Under the pieces are notes generated by a model. It made no database searches and was not told where the DNA came from. It saw only the letters and a program-made list of their open reading frames with translations. The position numbers were made by a program, and so were the translations under genes. Shown piece after piece: positions 1 to 8,562 of a DNA stretch of 57,699 nucleotides (positions within the stretch are counted from its first letter, which is position 1; every line of letters begins with the position of its first letter). The DNA is from Bacteroides fragilis (GTDB lineage: Bacteria; Pseudomonadota; Alphaproteobacteria; Rs-D84): assembly GCA_963630775.1 (NCBI GenBank), contig CAVGNU010000006.1, forward strand, positions 1 through 57,699. The letters run 5' to 3'.

Positions 1-5
1 CACAT

Positions 6-293
6 ATGCCGCATATTGCTGAATATTATAATGGAATAGACGTAAACTATGAAAACTATCAATTGTTTTGCAAATTTAAACACTTTGCTCCTTATATGGT
101 AAGGAAATGTTTTGCTACAGAATATTCATTTAAAGAAGATACCCCACAAGGAACAGCTATGAGTGTCTTGGTCTGCACTTTAGGAGCGTTATTAAACTTA
201 TCTATAGTCCTTGATAGAAACGGAAATCATTTATTAAATGCTAAACCTACATCTACAGAAGGTTTAACGCCAAGATCTGCTGATGATAAATGA
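6..293 (+). CDS. hypothetical protein, probably the C-terminal part of a gene starting left of the window
   Basis: 95-aa ORF with no in-frame stop before the window edge. The region is visibly AT-rich relative to its neighbours and is followed by a hairpin terminator. No motif recognised. Confidence 0.3.
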   Translation: MPHIAEYYNGIDVNYENYQLFCKFKHFAPYMVRKCFATEYSFKEDTPQGTAMSVLVCTLGALLNLSIVLDRNGNHLLNAKPTSTEGLTPRSADDK

Positions 294-395
294 TAAAAAT
301 TCTCTGACTATGCGGAATTGGGCAAGATATAGTTATCCGATAAATGGGGCAGATATGCGCGAAACCGATGGCTTACCAGAGTCAGTGAAATAGCA

Positions 396-423
396 AAATC
401 CCCGCAGAGTGCGGGGATTTTTG
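396..423 (+). terminator. Rho-independent terminator
   Basis: ATCCCCGC-agagt-GCGGGGAT hairpin followed by a T-run. Confidence 0.7.
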
Positions 424-461
424 GGATAAATATCGCATAAAATTTAACTTATACTTATTCC

Positions 462-551
462 TGGCGGATGGGGAGGGATTCGAACCCCCGGAAGAGTTGC
501 CCCTTCAGCGGTTTTCAAGACCGTCGCATTCGACCGCTCTGCCACCCATCC
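462..551 (-). tRNA. tRNA-Ser (anticodon UGA)
   Basis: Minus strand reads GGATGGGTGGCAGAGCGGTCGAATGCGACGGTCTTGAAAACCGCTGAAGGGGCAACTCTTCCGGGGGTTCGAATCCCTCCCCATCCGCCA. It has acceptor stem GGATGGG/CCCATCC, anticodon loop CTTGAAA, a long variable arm, a GGTTCGAATCC T-arm and an encoded CCA. Confidence 0.92.
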
Positions 552-667
552 GAAACTGTTTCTTTTTCCCGCCGGTCTTTCAAACCTGCGGTTTTGTTCG
601 CACCGCGTTGCGGGCTCACCATTCGTTCGCGCGCGGCAGCGTTTTACTTGCCTTGCTGACTCATACG

Positions 668-710
668 CAAGACCGTCGCATTCGACCGCTCTGCCACCCA
701 TCCGAAACTG
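668..710 (-). repeat. truncated tRNA-Ser copy (7 nt of 5' flank plus tRNA positions 1 to mid anticodon loop)
   Basis: Exact 43/43 identity with 516-558. The sequence after the anticodon-loop breakpoint cannot fold as a tRNA. Confidence 0.9.
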
Positions 711-724
711 CTTCTGTGCGTGGT

Positions 725-753
725 AGTATAATTTAAGCGTGCATGATTAGCAA
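725..753 (-). promoter_or_regulatory. sigma70-type promoter upstream of the truncated tRNA-Ser copy
   Basis: Minus strand TTGCTA-17 nt-TATACT, about 15 nt upstream of the first G of the truncated copy. Confidence 0.5.
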
Positions 754-762
754 GTAATTTAT

Positions 763-1629
763 TTAATACAAACTGCGAATTTTACGACGCCATTTGGCCG
801 ATGGTACTATGCACGCCACTACGCGCAGCAACTTACGAATTCCTGTCGCGAACACGTTGGTTGACATCTTTTTATCTGTATTGCCGCGCAACCATTGCGT
901 GCCGCCGTATTTCGGGCTGTCTTTGGCACGGCTGATTATTTTCACCATTACGCGCTGACGCAATGGAATGCGTTTCAATTCGCCCTCGGGAAAGCCGTAT
1001 GCGCGGCCACACAGCAAGAAATTCGGATGTTCGACCAGATACGCATTCAGGTGCGATTCATCATCAACGCGCGCCACGATATTATTTTTCAAATCGGTTT
1101 GAACATTTTTTGCCAACACACGGCACATTTTCAGAAATGCGTCCGCAGTGCCCCCATTAAACGCCCCACATACATAGTGACGCCCGCGTCCATATGGCAC
1201 GCACGCAGTGGATTCGGGCCGCCGCTCGTACGGATAATGGTCGGGCACCTGGTCTATGTCGCCAGACGGTCCTGGGTGCAATCCTGCAACCAACCCATTA
1301 TGCCATTCGCGCGGCGTAATTTCCGCCAAATCAACCGGGTTATAGAATTGGAAATTCGCATTAAAGAAATAGACATAATCAAATTGTTTTAATTTATCCG
1401 CCATCCCCAAAAACATTTCAAAACGCATCAAACTGTCATACGGCCACCCGCGTTTTTGTGTGGAAATAATAGTGATATTCTTTCCGTGCATCGCGGACGT
1501 CGGACTGTCCGTCCAGATAAAGTAATGTTTGTCACACGGCGTCAGATATTTTTCGCACGATTTGTAAAAATCATCCCAAAACACCGTATAGCGCCCGAGT
1601 GCGATATACAAAATGGCAACTTGCGTCAT
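763..1629 (-). CDS. glycosyltransferase family 6 (histo-blood-group A/B transferase-like)
   Basis: N-terminus 'VAILYIALGRYTVFWDDFYKSCEKY', 'FFNANFQF' (the NXN variant typical of bacterial GT6 in place of DXD), 'GLHPG', 'YERRPESTA', 'DDESHLNAYL' and 'YGFPEG' align along the whole length with my recollection of Bacteroides BoGT6a. Start moved to the ATG at 1629 (MTQVAILY). Confidence 0.85.
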   Translation of the reverse strand: MTQVAILYIALGRYTVFWDDFYKSCEKYLTPCDKHYFIWTDSPTSAMHGKNITIISTQKRGWPYDSLMRFEMFLGMADKLKQFDYVYFFNANFQFYNPVDLAEITPREWHNGLVAGLHPGPSGDIDQVPDHYPYERRPESTACVPYGRGRHYVCGAFNGGTADAFLKMCRVLAKNVQTDLKNNIVARVDDESHLNAYLVEHPNFLLCGRAYGFPEGELKRIPLRQRVMVKIISRAKDSPKYGGTQWLRGNTDKKMSTNVFATGIRKLLRVVACIVPSAKWRRKIRSLY

Positions 1630-1958
1630 GTCAATTCCCCTTGGCATATAAAAAATAAAGAAACCGCCCACAGAAATGGCGGTTGGGGAGTTGGTAAATC
1701 AATATATCAGTGATTCTGTTGCCTTTGGTTAGACCTTATAGCAAACAGCCCCCCAACCAAATGGCAAGGGGATGATTACGATGCGAAATGCACCGGAAAC
1801 ATCAGATTACGATGCATTCGCACCGAATATATTGGGCTTACCACAGCCCCGAACCAACATTCCAGGTTGATTCTGTGTACATTTTTGCATATCAAAGGAA
1901 TAAATTCAAGAGAAAGAAACCCGTCATATTCCCATATAGTGTGACGAGATGCGCGCTG

Positions 1959-2231
1959 CTATCTTACTTTTGTTTTTTGCGCCTGTGCGATTTTGGCCGC
2001 GCACATTTTTGTGTAATTTGGGGTTGTACGTGCATATTCGTGCCACAGGTCGGGTATATAAAACGCATTTGTACCGTGCGCCAGTGTCCAATGCACAACT
2101 TTGCCATTGGGTGCTTCGCATTGTAACTTGAAACATGCCGGAAAGAACCCGTTAAAGCAACATTTGTCACATGCGCCACCATCGGTCAGGTTCGCAACCA
2201 AGACATCGGGCAACTTGTAATCCAGAATCAT
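1959..2231 (-). CDS. hypothetical Cys-rich 90-aa protein, translationally coupled to lgt
   Basis: Its ATG at 2231 overlaps the lgt stop (ATGA). Contains 'GGACDKCCFNGFFPACFKLQCE'. The longer 125-aa version would overlap lgt by 109 nt and was trimmed. Confidence 0.4.
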   Translation of the reverse strand: MILDYKLPDVLVANLTDGGACDKCCFNGFFPACFKLQCEAPNGKVVHWTLAHGTNAFYIPDLWHEYARTTPNYTKMCAAKIAQAQKTKVR

Positions 2232-3082
2232 TTGATTTGTCCTTTGGTTTTGTATCCCCGCATTGCACAAGCAAATAGCATTGTGCCAGCGGCAAACATT
2301 ATCGCCGACAGCAACTGGCCCATGGTCAGCCCCCAATTTGTTAAAAATCCGATTTGGGCATCTGGCATACGGAATTGTTCACAGAATATGCGTGCGGTGG
2401 CATATGCCATCCCCAGTACCCCGCCAATCGCGCCCGCGTGCCGACGCAGTCCTGTGAAACGATACATACAATACATAAATATAAACAAGACGATGCCTTC
2501 GGCGGTGGCCTCGTATAACGGACTGGGGTGCAAGGGTATTTGTGTATAACCGTTAAACACGACGCCCCACGGCATATCGGTTGGACGACCCATAACCTCC
2601 ATATTTATAAAATTTGCAATGCGTCCGAAAAAGAATCCGATTGGTGTCACCACGGCCAGCAAGTCCAGTATGCGCAGCGCGATATTCACTGTGCCACCCG
2701 TGATGCCACTGTTTGACGTGCGGTGCAATTTGCGCGCATATAAAAATGTCGCGCCAATCACGCCAATCAGGCCGCCATGGAAACTCATCCCGCCATTCCA
2801 TACCATAAATATCTGCAACGGATGCGCCAGAAAATAGGGCAGGTTATAAAATAATACATACCCCAGCCGGCCGCCCAAAATCACGCCTAAAATCACCGCG
2901 GTCAACAGGTCGTCTAGTTGTATCTTGTTTAATGTAATCTGGCTGTCATTGCGGCGCATCAGGTGGCGAAATAAATAATACCCGGCAATGAATCCGGCAA
3001 TATACGCCAACGCGTACCAACGAATGTCCACGCCCAGGACAGAAAACGCAACAGGTGAAATTGGGTTGACTGTTATTGCCAT
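2228..3082 (-). CDS. lgt: prolipoprotein diacylglyceryl transferase
   Basis: 'IRWYALAYIAGFIAGYYL', 'GGRLGYVLFYN', 'VWNGGMSFHGGLIG' and 'FGRIANFINMEVMGRPTDMPWGVVF' are classic Lgt blocks. Start set at MAITVNP (3082). Confidence 0.95.
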   Translation of the reverse strand: MAITVNPISPVAFSVLGVDIRWYALAYIAGFIAGYYLFRHLMRRNDSQITLNKIQLDDLLTAVILGVILGGRLGYVLFYNLPYFLAHPLQIFMVWNGGMSFHGGLIGVIGATFLYARKLHRTSNSGITGGTVNIALRILDLLAVVTPIGFFFGRIANFINMEVMGRPTDMPWGVVFNGYTQIPLHPSPLYEATAEGIVLFIFMYCMYRFTGLRRHAGAIGGVLGMAYATARIFCEQFRMPDAQIGFLTNWGLTMGQLLSAIMFAAGTMLFACAMRGYKTKGQIK

Positions 3083-3146
3083 CTTAAATCCCTTGAATTT
3101 ATGGGGGCATTGTATTATATATTCGGTGAATAACAAGGAGAAAGTT

Positions 3147-3875
3147 ATGATTACAAAGAAATCATTGAACCAGGTATCACCCGTCGCCCGTGATAATGGC
3201 ATGGGATTGTACCTGAAACGCGTATTCGCATTGATGTTTGCTGCGATTGGCGTAACGGCATTGGCGTCGTTTGTCACGATGGCAACACCACTGATTGGCA
3301 TAATGTTTACAGCAACAGGTATGTCGCCACTGTATTATATTTTATTGTTTGGTGGGCTGGCATTGTCCGTCTGGGCACAGGCGCGCGCATTTTCTATGTC
3401 ACCGGCTGCCGCCACCGCAATTCTGTTTATCTATGCCGCAACGTTGGGTGTCGTGATGACACCACTGTTGCTGTTCGCATTGTATAACAGCCCGATTACA
3501 ATTATCGCGGCGTTTGTACTGGCGGCGGTGATGTTCGCATGCATGGCATTGTTTGGGTACAAGACAATCAAGAACCTGTCGTTCTTGGGCGTATTCTTGA
3601 CCATGGGCATGATTGGTTTAATCTTGGTTGGGTTGGCGTCATTCGTTTGGCCGGCGATTATCGGCGGTACATTTGGCACAGTCGTATGCCTGATTGGTGT
3701 ATTGGTATTTGCACTGTTCACTGCGTATGACATGCAGAATTTGAAATATGCGTACAACGCAATGGGCGGTGATGACCACCAGAAAAATCAGTTGGCGGTA
3801 TTGGGCGCGTTGCACCTGTATATATCGTTCGTTGCAATGTTCCAGTATTTGCTGAGTTTGTTTAACCGCGACTAA
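3147..3875 (+). CDS. Bax inhibitor-1/YccA family membrane protein
   Basis: AAGGAG Shine-Dalgarno at 3135-3140. The protein has 7 predicted TM helices, 'YLKRVFALMFAAIGVTAL' and 'FTAYDMQNLK...HLYISFVAMFQYLLSLF'. Confidence 0.85.
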   Translation: MITKKSLNQVSPVARDNGMGLYLKRVFALMFAAIGVTALASFVTMATPLIGIMFTATGMSPLYYILLFGGLALSVWAQARAFSMSPAAATAILFIYAATLGVVMTPLLLFALYNSPITIIAAFVLAAVMFACMALFGYKTIKNLSFLGVFLTMGMIGLILVGLASFVWPAIIGGTFGTVVCLIGVLVFALFTAYDMQNLKYAYNAMGGDDHQKNQLAVLGALHLYISFVAMFQYLLSLFNRD

Positions 3876-3899
3876 GAAAACCAAAAAAAGGAAAGAAAA

Positions 3900-4082
3900 A
3901 TGGCGTATAAAATTGACCCATCTAAATGCATTGGCTGTCACACATGCATGGGCGCATGTCCGGTGTGTGCGATTGCAACCACGTCTGATGGTAAATGTGT
4001 AATTGACCCGGCAAAGTGCATTTCGTGCGGCACGTGTGCGGCGGTGTGTCCGGTTGCGGCGATTGCCCCAGATGTGCAGTGA
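3900..4082 (+). CDS. 2x[4Fe-4S] ferredoxin
   Basis: Two CxxCxxCxxxCP motifs (CIGCHTCMGACP, CISCGTCAAVCP) in 60 aa. Confidence 0.9.
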   Translation: MAYKIDPSKCIGCHTCMGACPVCAIATTSDGKCVIDPAKCISCGTCAAVCPVAAIAPDVQ

Positions 4083-4099
4083 GTATGTACAGACGATAA

Positions 4100-4129
4100 A
4101 AAACGGGGCGTTTGCCCCGTTTCTTTTTG
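4100..4129 (+). terminator. Rho-independent terminator
   Basis: AACGGGGC-gttt-GCCCCGTT hairpin plus T-run. Confidence 0.75.
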
Positions 4130-4184
4130 TTGCAAATACGCAAAAACAGTATAATAATTGGTGCGTTAAAAATAGAGGATTAAA

Positions 4185-5546
4185 ATGCCAGCAAAATCAG
4201 TAAATGATATCGTCGCATTGTGCAAGCGACGCGGTTTTATTTTCACAGGTTCTGAAATCTATGGCGGTTTGGGCGGCGCATACGATTACGGCCCATACGG
4301 TGTTGAATTGATGAAAAATATCAAGAACGCATGGTGGAACGCCATGATTTATTCCCGCAATGATATCGAAGGGCTGGATGCGGCATTGATTTCCAACCGA
4401 CTGATGTGGAAATATTCTGGGCACGAGGGCAGCTTTTCTGACCCATTGGTGGAATGCAAAAAATGCGGCGCGCGCATGCGTCAGGATAAAATGAAAGATA
4501 CAACCAAGTGCGATAATTGTGGCAGCACGGATTTAACCGACCCACGCGCGTACCAATTGATGATGGGCCTGTCCATTGGGGCGACCGCCGATGGTGCAAT
4601 CAATGCGTATCTGCGCCCTGAAACAGCGACCACAACATATGTAAATTTCAAAAACGTATTGGACGCATGCCCACATAAATTACCATTTGGCATTGCCCAG
4701 ATTGGCAAGGCATTCCGTAATGAAATTTCCCCACGTGGATTTGTGTTCCGCATGCGTGAATTTGAACAGGCGGAAATGCAATACTTTATAAACCCTGCCG
4801 ATGACGCGAAATATTTCGAAGAATGGAAAAAGACGCGAATGGCGTGGTGGATAAATGTTTTGGGCATTCCTGCGGACAAATTACGCTTTACCCCACACGA
4901 AAAACTGGCCCATTATGCCAAGGCCGCAGGTGATATTGAATACGCATTTCCCGATGGTTTTGACGAGGTCGAAGGTGTCCACAACCGTCAGGACTTTGAT
5001 TTGGGTTCACACACCAAGGCACAAAATGAATTTCATATTTCTGCGCATGTTATGGAAAACCACGACAGTACGGTTAAATTGGCGTATTCCGACCCGCAAA
5101 GTGGCGACAGTTTCATCCCATTCGTCATTGAAACTGCAATGGGGGTAAACCGCGCAATGTTGGCCGTTATGATAGAGGCATATACCGAAGAGCAGTTGTC
5201 AGATGGCAAGACCCGCACAGTCCTGAAACTGAAACCAAAACTTGCACCAGTCAAGGCCGCGGTTATTCCATTGGCGCGCAATGTTCCCGACTTGGTTCAG
5301 ACCGCAAACGATATTGAAAATTCGTTGCGCGCGTTACACATTGGCCGTATCGAGTTGGAAAATTCTGGTAATATCGGTAAAAACTATCGTCGTCATGATG
5401 AAATCGGTACACCGGTTTGCATCACCGTTGATCACCAAACAATGGAAGATGGCACAGTGACCCTGCGTCACCGTGATGATATGGGCCAAGAACGCATCGC
5501 CATCGCGGATGTTCCGCGTCGCGTGACTGAAATCATCAATGCATAA
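4185..5546 (+). CDS. glyQS: glycine--tRNA ligase (dimeric GlyQS type)
   Basis: 'LCKRRGFIFTGSEIYGGLGGAYDYGPYGVELMKNIKNAWW', 'FRNEISPRGFVFRMREFEQAEMQYF' and a C-terminal anticodon-binding domain. Confidence 0.95.
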   Translation: MPAKSVNDIVALCKRRGFIFTGSEIYGGLGGAYDYGPYGVELMKNIKNAWWNAMIYSRNDIEGLDAALISNRLMWKYSGHEGSFSDPLVECKKCGARMRQDKMKDTTKCDNCGSTDLTDPRAYQLMMGLSIGATADGAINAYLRPETATTTYVNFKNVLDACPHKLPFGIAQIGKAFRNEISPRGFVFRMREFEQAEMQYFINPADDAKYFEEWKKTRMAWWINVLGIPADKLRFTPHEKLAHYAKAAGDIEYAFPDGFDEVEGVHNRQDFDLGSHTKAQNEFHISAHVMENHDSTVKLAYSDPQSGDSFIPFVIETAMGVNRAMLAVMIEAYTEEQLSDGKTRTVLKLKPKLAPVKAAVIPLARNVPDLVQTANDIENSLRALHIGRIELENSGNIGKNYRRHDEIGTPVCITVDHQTMEDGTVTLRHRDDMGQERIAIADVPRRVTEIINA

Positions 5547-5554
5547 AAAAATAA

Positions 5555-5577
5555 ACGGGCAATGTCCCGTTTTTTTG
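5555..5577 (+). terminator. Rho-independent terminator
   Basis: ACGGG-caatgt-CCCGT hairpin followed by TTTTTTT. Confidence 0.6.
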
Positions 5578-5850
5578 TGCGTTTTTCCAGAACGAATCGG
5601 CGTAACGCCATACGACGCCAAGGGATGTGTCCTAAAAACGCAGGACAAATATCATATTGAAAAATTTTTTACTAAGAAAAAAATCACCACTTTTTGTCGC
5701 CTTTGTGATTTTTGCCCAGATTTCTGCGTCTTTGGATGCATAGCCCGATTTATACACGGTCACATATAAAAAGAGTATAGCCGGAAAAATCCCCAGTGGG
5801 TTTATATTGTAAGCATAGACAGAACAACAAACAAAAAGGTGAAAAAACAA

Positions 5851-6093
5851 ATGACACACAGTGATGTATGGTATGCAATCGATTGCTTTGCCAATGCGCA
5901 CAAAATGTCCTGCTCTGGATTGGCGCGTCGCAGCGGTCTGGATCCAACAATTTTTAACAAGAGCAAGCGTTGGTCAAAATACGGCCAGCCACGTTGGCCG
6001 TCAACTGGCAGCATAGCCAAAATTTTGGCGGCAACCGGTGAAACGGTCAGCAATTTCACCAAATACTTTTCGAACAAGCAAAATGAATTATAA
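5851..6093 (+). CDS. small phage-repressor-like HTH protein (paralog of 46001-46246)
   Basis: 'MSCSGLARRSGLDPTIFNKSKR' helix-turn-helix. About two-thirds identical by eye to the 46.0-kb copy. Start set at MTHSDVW by homology. Confidence 0.7.
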   Translation: MTHSDVWYAIDCFANAHKMSCSGLARRSGLDPTIFNKSKRWSKYGQPRWPSTGSIAKILAATGETVSNFTKYFSNKQNEL

Positions 6094-6263
6094 AATCTGT
6101 AAATAATACCGCGTGCGTTTGCGCGCGGTATTATGCTGTGATAACCATAGAATATATTTTTCAAAAACCCGTCTTTTATGCTGTTTTTAGGTCAAAGAAT
6201 CGTGTATAATGAGAATCGACAATCATATTCACGTATTTTTGTTATCTTTTTTATTAAAAAGGT

Positions 6264-7169
6264 ATGGCGATGGCTACTATAAAAACCAGAGTGACCTTGT
6301 TGAAAGAACTGTTAGCGTTAAAAGAAGTCATAGATACAGGTCAAATCCAAGTTGCTGCAAACAAGAACGGCATAAAACATTCGAACATGTCCAAACTGAT
6401 TTCTGATTTGGAAATGCGTTTGAATGCAACACTGTTACAACGTACCCCCGCGGGCAGTTTGCCAACCAATGCAACACCGGAAATTTATTCGGCGATTGAA
6501 ACAATATGTAATGCATTGGATAAAATAGAACGGGTCGGCCCCGAAGAAGAACTGACCGGTTATATTTCCGTCATGATTGCCGAAGGATTGGTCGGCAGTT
6601 ATATATTGCGTGACTTGTCGCGATTCTATGCATTATACCCAAAAATTCGTTTGGATTTGCTGACCAATCGGCAACAGAACTTATCAAGCATAGAGGTTGC
6701 ACTGGTTGACTCAAAATCCAATTATCAAATCCCGGGGCGCACATTGTTCCGTATGCGGGCACCTGCATATTTCTTTACCTCTCAGGAATATTTGGATAAA
6801 CATGGCGCGCCGCGTGACATGGACGATATGCTGGAAAATTTTGACCTGTGCATGTACCAGTCATATTTGAATATGCCCGAATGTTCTTTTGTTGCAAAGC
6901 GTGCGCGTAAATTGAACACAACAACGGATTCTGTTGGATTGATATTCCGCCTGATACGTGATGGCGATGGTATGGGGTTGCTGCCAGCGTGGACGGCGCA
7001 ACAGCCGCCCAAACTGGTGCGTGTGCCGAACATAGATTTTGAATACGAACACCATATGATTGCTGCATGCAGTCCGAAACTGATTGATTCACCAAAAGTA
7101 CGGGCATTTATCAGATTCCTTGACGATTTTTGTCAAAGGCATAATATACCTGTGGAACGGGTGTGTTAA
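6264..7169 (+). CDS. LysR-family transcriptional regulator
   Basis: N-terminal wHTH 'IQVAANKNGIKHSNMSKLISDLEMRLNATLLQRT' plus a substrate-binding domain of about 200 aa. Confidence 0.85.
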   Translation: MAMATIKTRVTLLKELLALKEVIDTGQIQVAANKNGIKHSNMSKLISDLEMRLNATLLQRTPAGSLPTNATPEIYSAIETICNALDKIERVGPEEELTGYISVMIAEGLVGSYILRDLSRFYALYPKIRLDLLTNRQQNLSSIEVALVDSKSNYQIPGRTLFRMRAPAYFFTSQEYLDKHGAPRDMDDMLENFDLCMYQSYLNMPECSFVAKRARKLNTTTDSVGLIFRLIRDGDGMGLLPAWTAQQPPKLVRVPNIDFEYEHHMIAACSPKLIDSPKVRAFIRFLDDFCQRHNIPVERVC

Positions 7170-7172
7170 ATC

Positions 7173-7655
7173 ATGTTGGTTAAATCCGAATATTTGTCAC
7201 CGATTGGTAAATTGACATTGGTTGCGTCTGACAATACGCTGGTGGGGCTGTGGATTGCGGGGCAACGTCATCATGGTGATGTTACTGGTATTCCATTCGG
7301 CCACAGTACGGTATTGCAACGTGCATCGCGTTGGTTGGACATTTATTTTGCTGGTGGTCACTCAGCCGTTGATTTTGAATTGTCGCCCACGGGCACGGCG
7401 TTTCAACGTGTGGTATGGCGCGCGTTGCGCGAAATTCCATATGGCACAGTTGCATCATACGCTGATATCGCGCGCCATGTTGGATGCGCGTCCGCACGGG
7501 CGGTTGGTGGTGCGGTTGGTCGCAATCCGATTTCAATTATTATTCCATGCCATCGCGTTGTCGGCGCGCATGGCGCAATGATTGGTTATGCTGGCGGTAT
7601 TGACGCCAAGAAAAAATTATTGGGGCTGGAACAGGGTATTATTCCCGCCAAATAA
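7173..7655 (+). CDS. ogt: methylated-DNA--protein-cysteine methyltransferase
   Basis: 'IPYGTVASYADIA', active site 'IIPCHRVV' and 'GYAGGIDAKKKLL'. Confidence 0.9.
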   Translation: MLVKSEYLSPIGKLTLVASDNTLVGLWIAGQRHHGDVTGIPFGHSTVLQRASRWLDIYFAGGHSAVDFELSPTGTAFQRVVWRALREIPYGTVASYADIARHVGCASARAVGGAVGRNPISIIIPCHRVVGAHGAMIGYAGGIDAKKKLLGLEQGIIPAK

Positions 7656-8340
7656 CAGATGCAAACATTCCATTTATAGTGTCACGCAAGTTCATATCAT
7701 CAAAAAACTGATTGCGCTGGGCGGGGGTTGTACCGTGTTCGTTATCTTCGAAATGTGGAATGTATTTTTGAATGGCGATTTTTTGTACGCCGCGATTGTG
7801 CAAATCGCGCGTTATTTCTATTAAATCCAGTTTTGAAACAAATCGCGGATCACATGTAATGCGAATCTCATAATCCTTGCCTGTCGCCTGCCATATCTCC
7901 AAACTGTGAATCATGCGGTCATGGGCGATATTTTGACCCGACAACGCACCATATTTATCACGCGTGGTTTTGTAATCCAAACCAATCCAGTCAACTGCAT
8001 CGGCGGCGCGTGCCAAATTTTCAGGGTAAAAACCGTTTGTGTGCAGGCCGATTTTGAAACCTAACTCACGAACGCGTCGCATATACTCAATCGCCGCATC
8101 CCCCTGCATCAATGCTTCGCCACCGGAAAAAACGACGGCTTCCAATTTGCCGATGCGACTACGTAACCAATCAAAAACTTTGTCTGGGTCGTATTCGCCA
8201 TCGCCAACATTCAACAAATGGGGATTTGAACAGTACACGCATCGCAACGGACACCCGCGCAGGAACAGCACAGCGGCCAATTTCCCAGGGTAATCAATCG
8301 TTGTAAACGATACCAAACCCCCAATTTGAATATCAGACAT
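7639..8340 (-). CDS. nrdG: anaerobic ribonucleoside-triphosphate reductase activating protein (radical SAM)
   Basis: 'GCPLRCVYCSNP' CxxxCxxC cluster motif and 'VVFSGGEAL'. Last gene of the nrdD operon. Confidence 0.9.
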   Translation of the reverse strand: MSDIQIGGLVSFTTIDYPGKLAAVLFLRGCPLRCVYCSNPHLLNVGDGEYDPDKVFDWLRSRIGKLEAVVFSGGEALMQGDAAIEYMRRVRELGFKIGLHTNGFYPENLARAADAVDWIGLDYKTTRDKYGALSGQNIAHDRMIHSLEIWQATGKDYEIRITCDPRFVSKLDLIEITRDLHNRGVQKIAIQKYIPHFEDNEHGTTPAQRNQFFDDMNLRDTINGMFASVIWRE

Positions 8341-8344
8341 TTTA

Positions 8345-8530
8345 TTATGCGGCCTTTTTTAATAATTCACAATGACGTGCACCGGTGGTCAAACTGTTGG
8401 CTTCTGTAAAGGTTTTTCTTTCACAAAATTCAGAATATTTACCAATGTTAAAATTAGACACTGGTCTGATAAAGCCCATAGAGCGTGAAAAAACTTCACA
8501 TGGTGTTCTCTGATTGTTGGCTGCTTGCAT
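8345..8530 (-). CDS. stand-alone glycyl-radical domain of class III RNR (61 aa)
   Basis: 'CEVFSRSMGFIRPVSNFNIGKYSEFCERK' matches the NrdD C-terminal glycyl-radical block (..CEVYSRxxGYxRPVxxWNxGKxxE..). It has its own GGAGG Shine-Dalgarno 6 nt upstream of the ATG. Confidence 0.75.
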   Translation of the reverse strand: MQAANNQRTPCEVFSRSMGFIRPVSNFNIGKYSEFCERKTFTEANSLTTGARHCELLKKAA

Positions 8531-8562
8531 AATTTTCCTCCTTTTTTGTGCAATGCGTGTGT

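Noticed and set aside
444..736. ORFs of 63-85 aa overlapping the tRNA-Ser gene and its partial duplicate.
   Set aside because: They are read through a clear tRNA and its repeat, with no Shine-Dalgarno. They are artefacts of the ORF caller.
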